DNA from: Octopus sinensis
Lineage: Eukaryota
DNA: 64,000 nt
Direction of reading: 5' to 3'
Assembly (NCBI RefSeq): GCF_006345805.1
Contig: NC_043002.1
Location: forward strand, 3,038,001 to 3,102,000
In this document: positions 63,670 through 64,000 of the stretch, one piece after another
Numbering within the stretch: position 1 is the stretch's first letter
Layout of the letters: the number at the start of each line of letters is the position of its first letter
The notes under the pieces: generated by a model
The model's database searches: none
Seen by the model: the letters and a program-made list of their open reading frames with translations, nothing else
Told to the model about the DNA's origin: nothing
Program-made: the position numbers and the translations under genes

Positions 63670-64000
63670 ATGTATAATATGTGTGGGGTGTATATTTAAA
63701 TCAGTATGTTTATCTGTGTGAATGGTTTTCCTTGTTTCTGTTTTCATTTTTTTTTCTTTTGTTTGTGTCTGTGTGTCCAGGGCTGTACTGCCAACAAACA
63801 TGCCAATACACTCTAACCAATGTATTGAGATCTACTTTAATGATTCAACTATATAAAATGTAGAAATAATACATTTCTAAATATCTCAGGGAGATATTAG
63901 CAGCGGTGGTACAATAGAGCAGTTGTATACTGTCAACTTAACGTGACAGTCCCATGAAGGGAATCACACCACCGCTATTTAACCCTAGGAAGCATCAACG

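Noticed and set aside
63781-63863. Strong plus-strand acceptor as a candidate HRG1 exon 2 (also the acceptor before 58975)
   Set aside because: The phase-1 translations (GLYCQQTCQY.. and DNFCSFSCP..) lack the expected hydrophobic TM2 continuation with its conserved His.

Overview
AT-rich, repeat-dense animal genomic DNA, most likely from an octopod cephalopod (inferred from the SINE families and the ADAR2-type exon, not proven). Two genes sit head-to-head around a CpG-rich promoter at about 45.6-46.3 kb. On the minus strand is an ADAR-family (ADAR2-like) RNA-editing gene: a confident 321-nt dsRBD exon at 7382-7062, a probable 95-nt exon at 10613-10519 and a candidate first coding exon at 45462-45420. 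Its remaining dsRBD and deaminase exons must lie left of the window. On the plus strand is exon 1 of the heme transporter HRG1/SLC48A1 (46133-46271); I did not find its exon 2. The rest is intron filled with tRNA-derived SINEs, decayed Tc1/mariner, CR1, RTE and Penelope fragments, MITEs, Helitron-like elements and (TA)n tracts, plus one 100-N gap. The most striking unannotated structure is at 2227-3438, inside the inferred ADAR intron. It is a young array of 362-bp units arranged as an inverted repeat (about 500-bp stem), and each complete unit carries a minimal type I hammerhead ribozyme with a U3-A8 covariant core. Three further hammerhead families occur elsewhere in the window, and there is a candidate spliced 68-aa ORF antisense within the HRG1 intron. 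Repeat boundaries were read by eye and are approximate (about +/-20 bp) unless a TSD or TIR is cited. No database searches were run.
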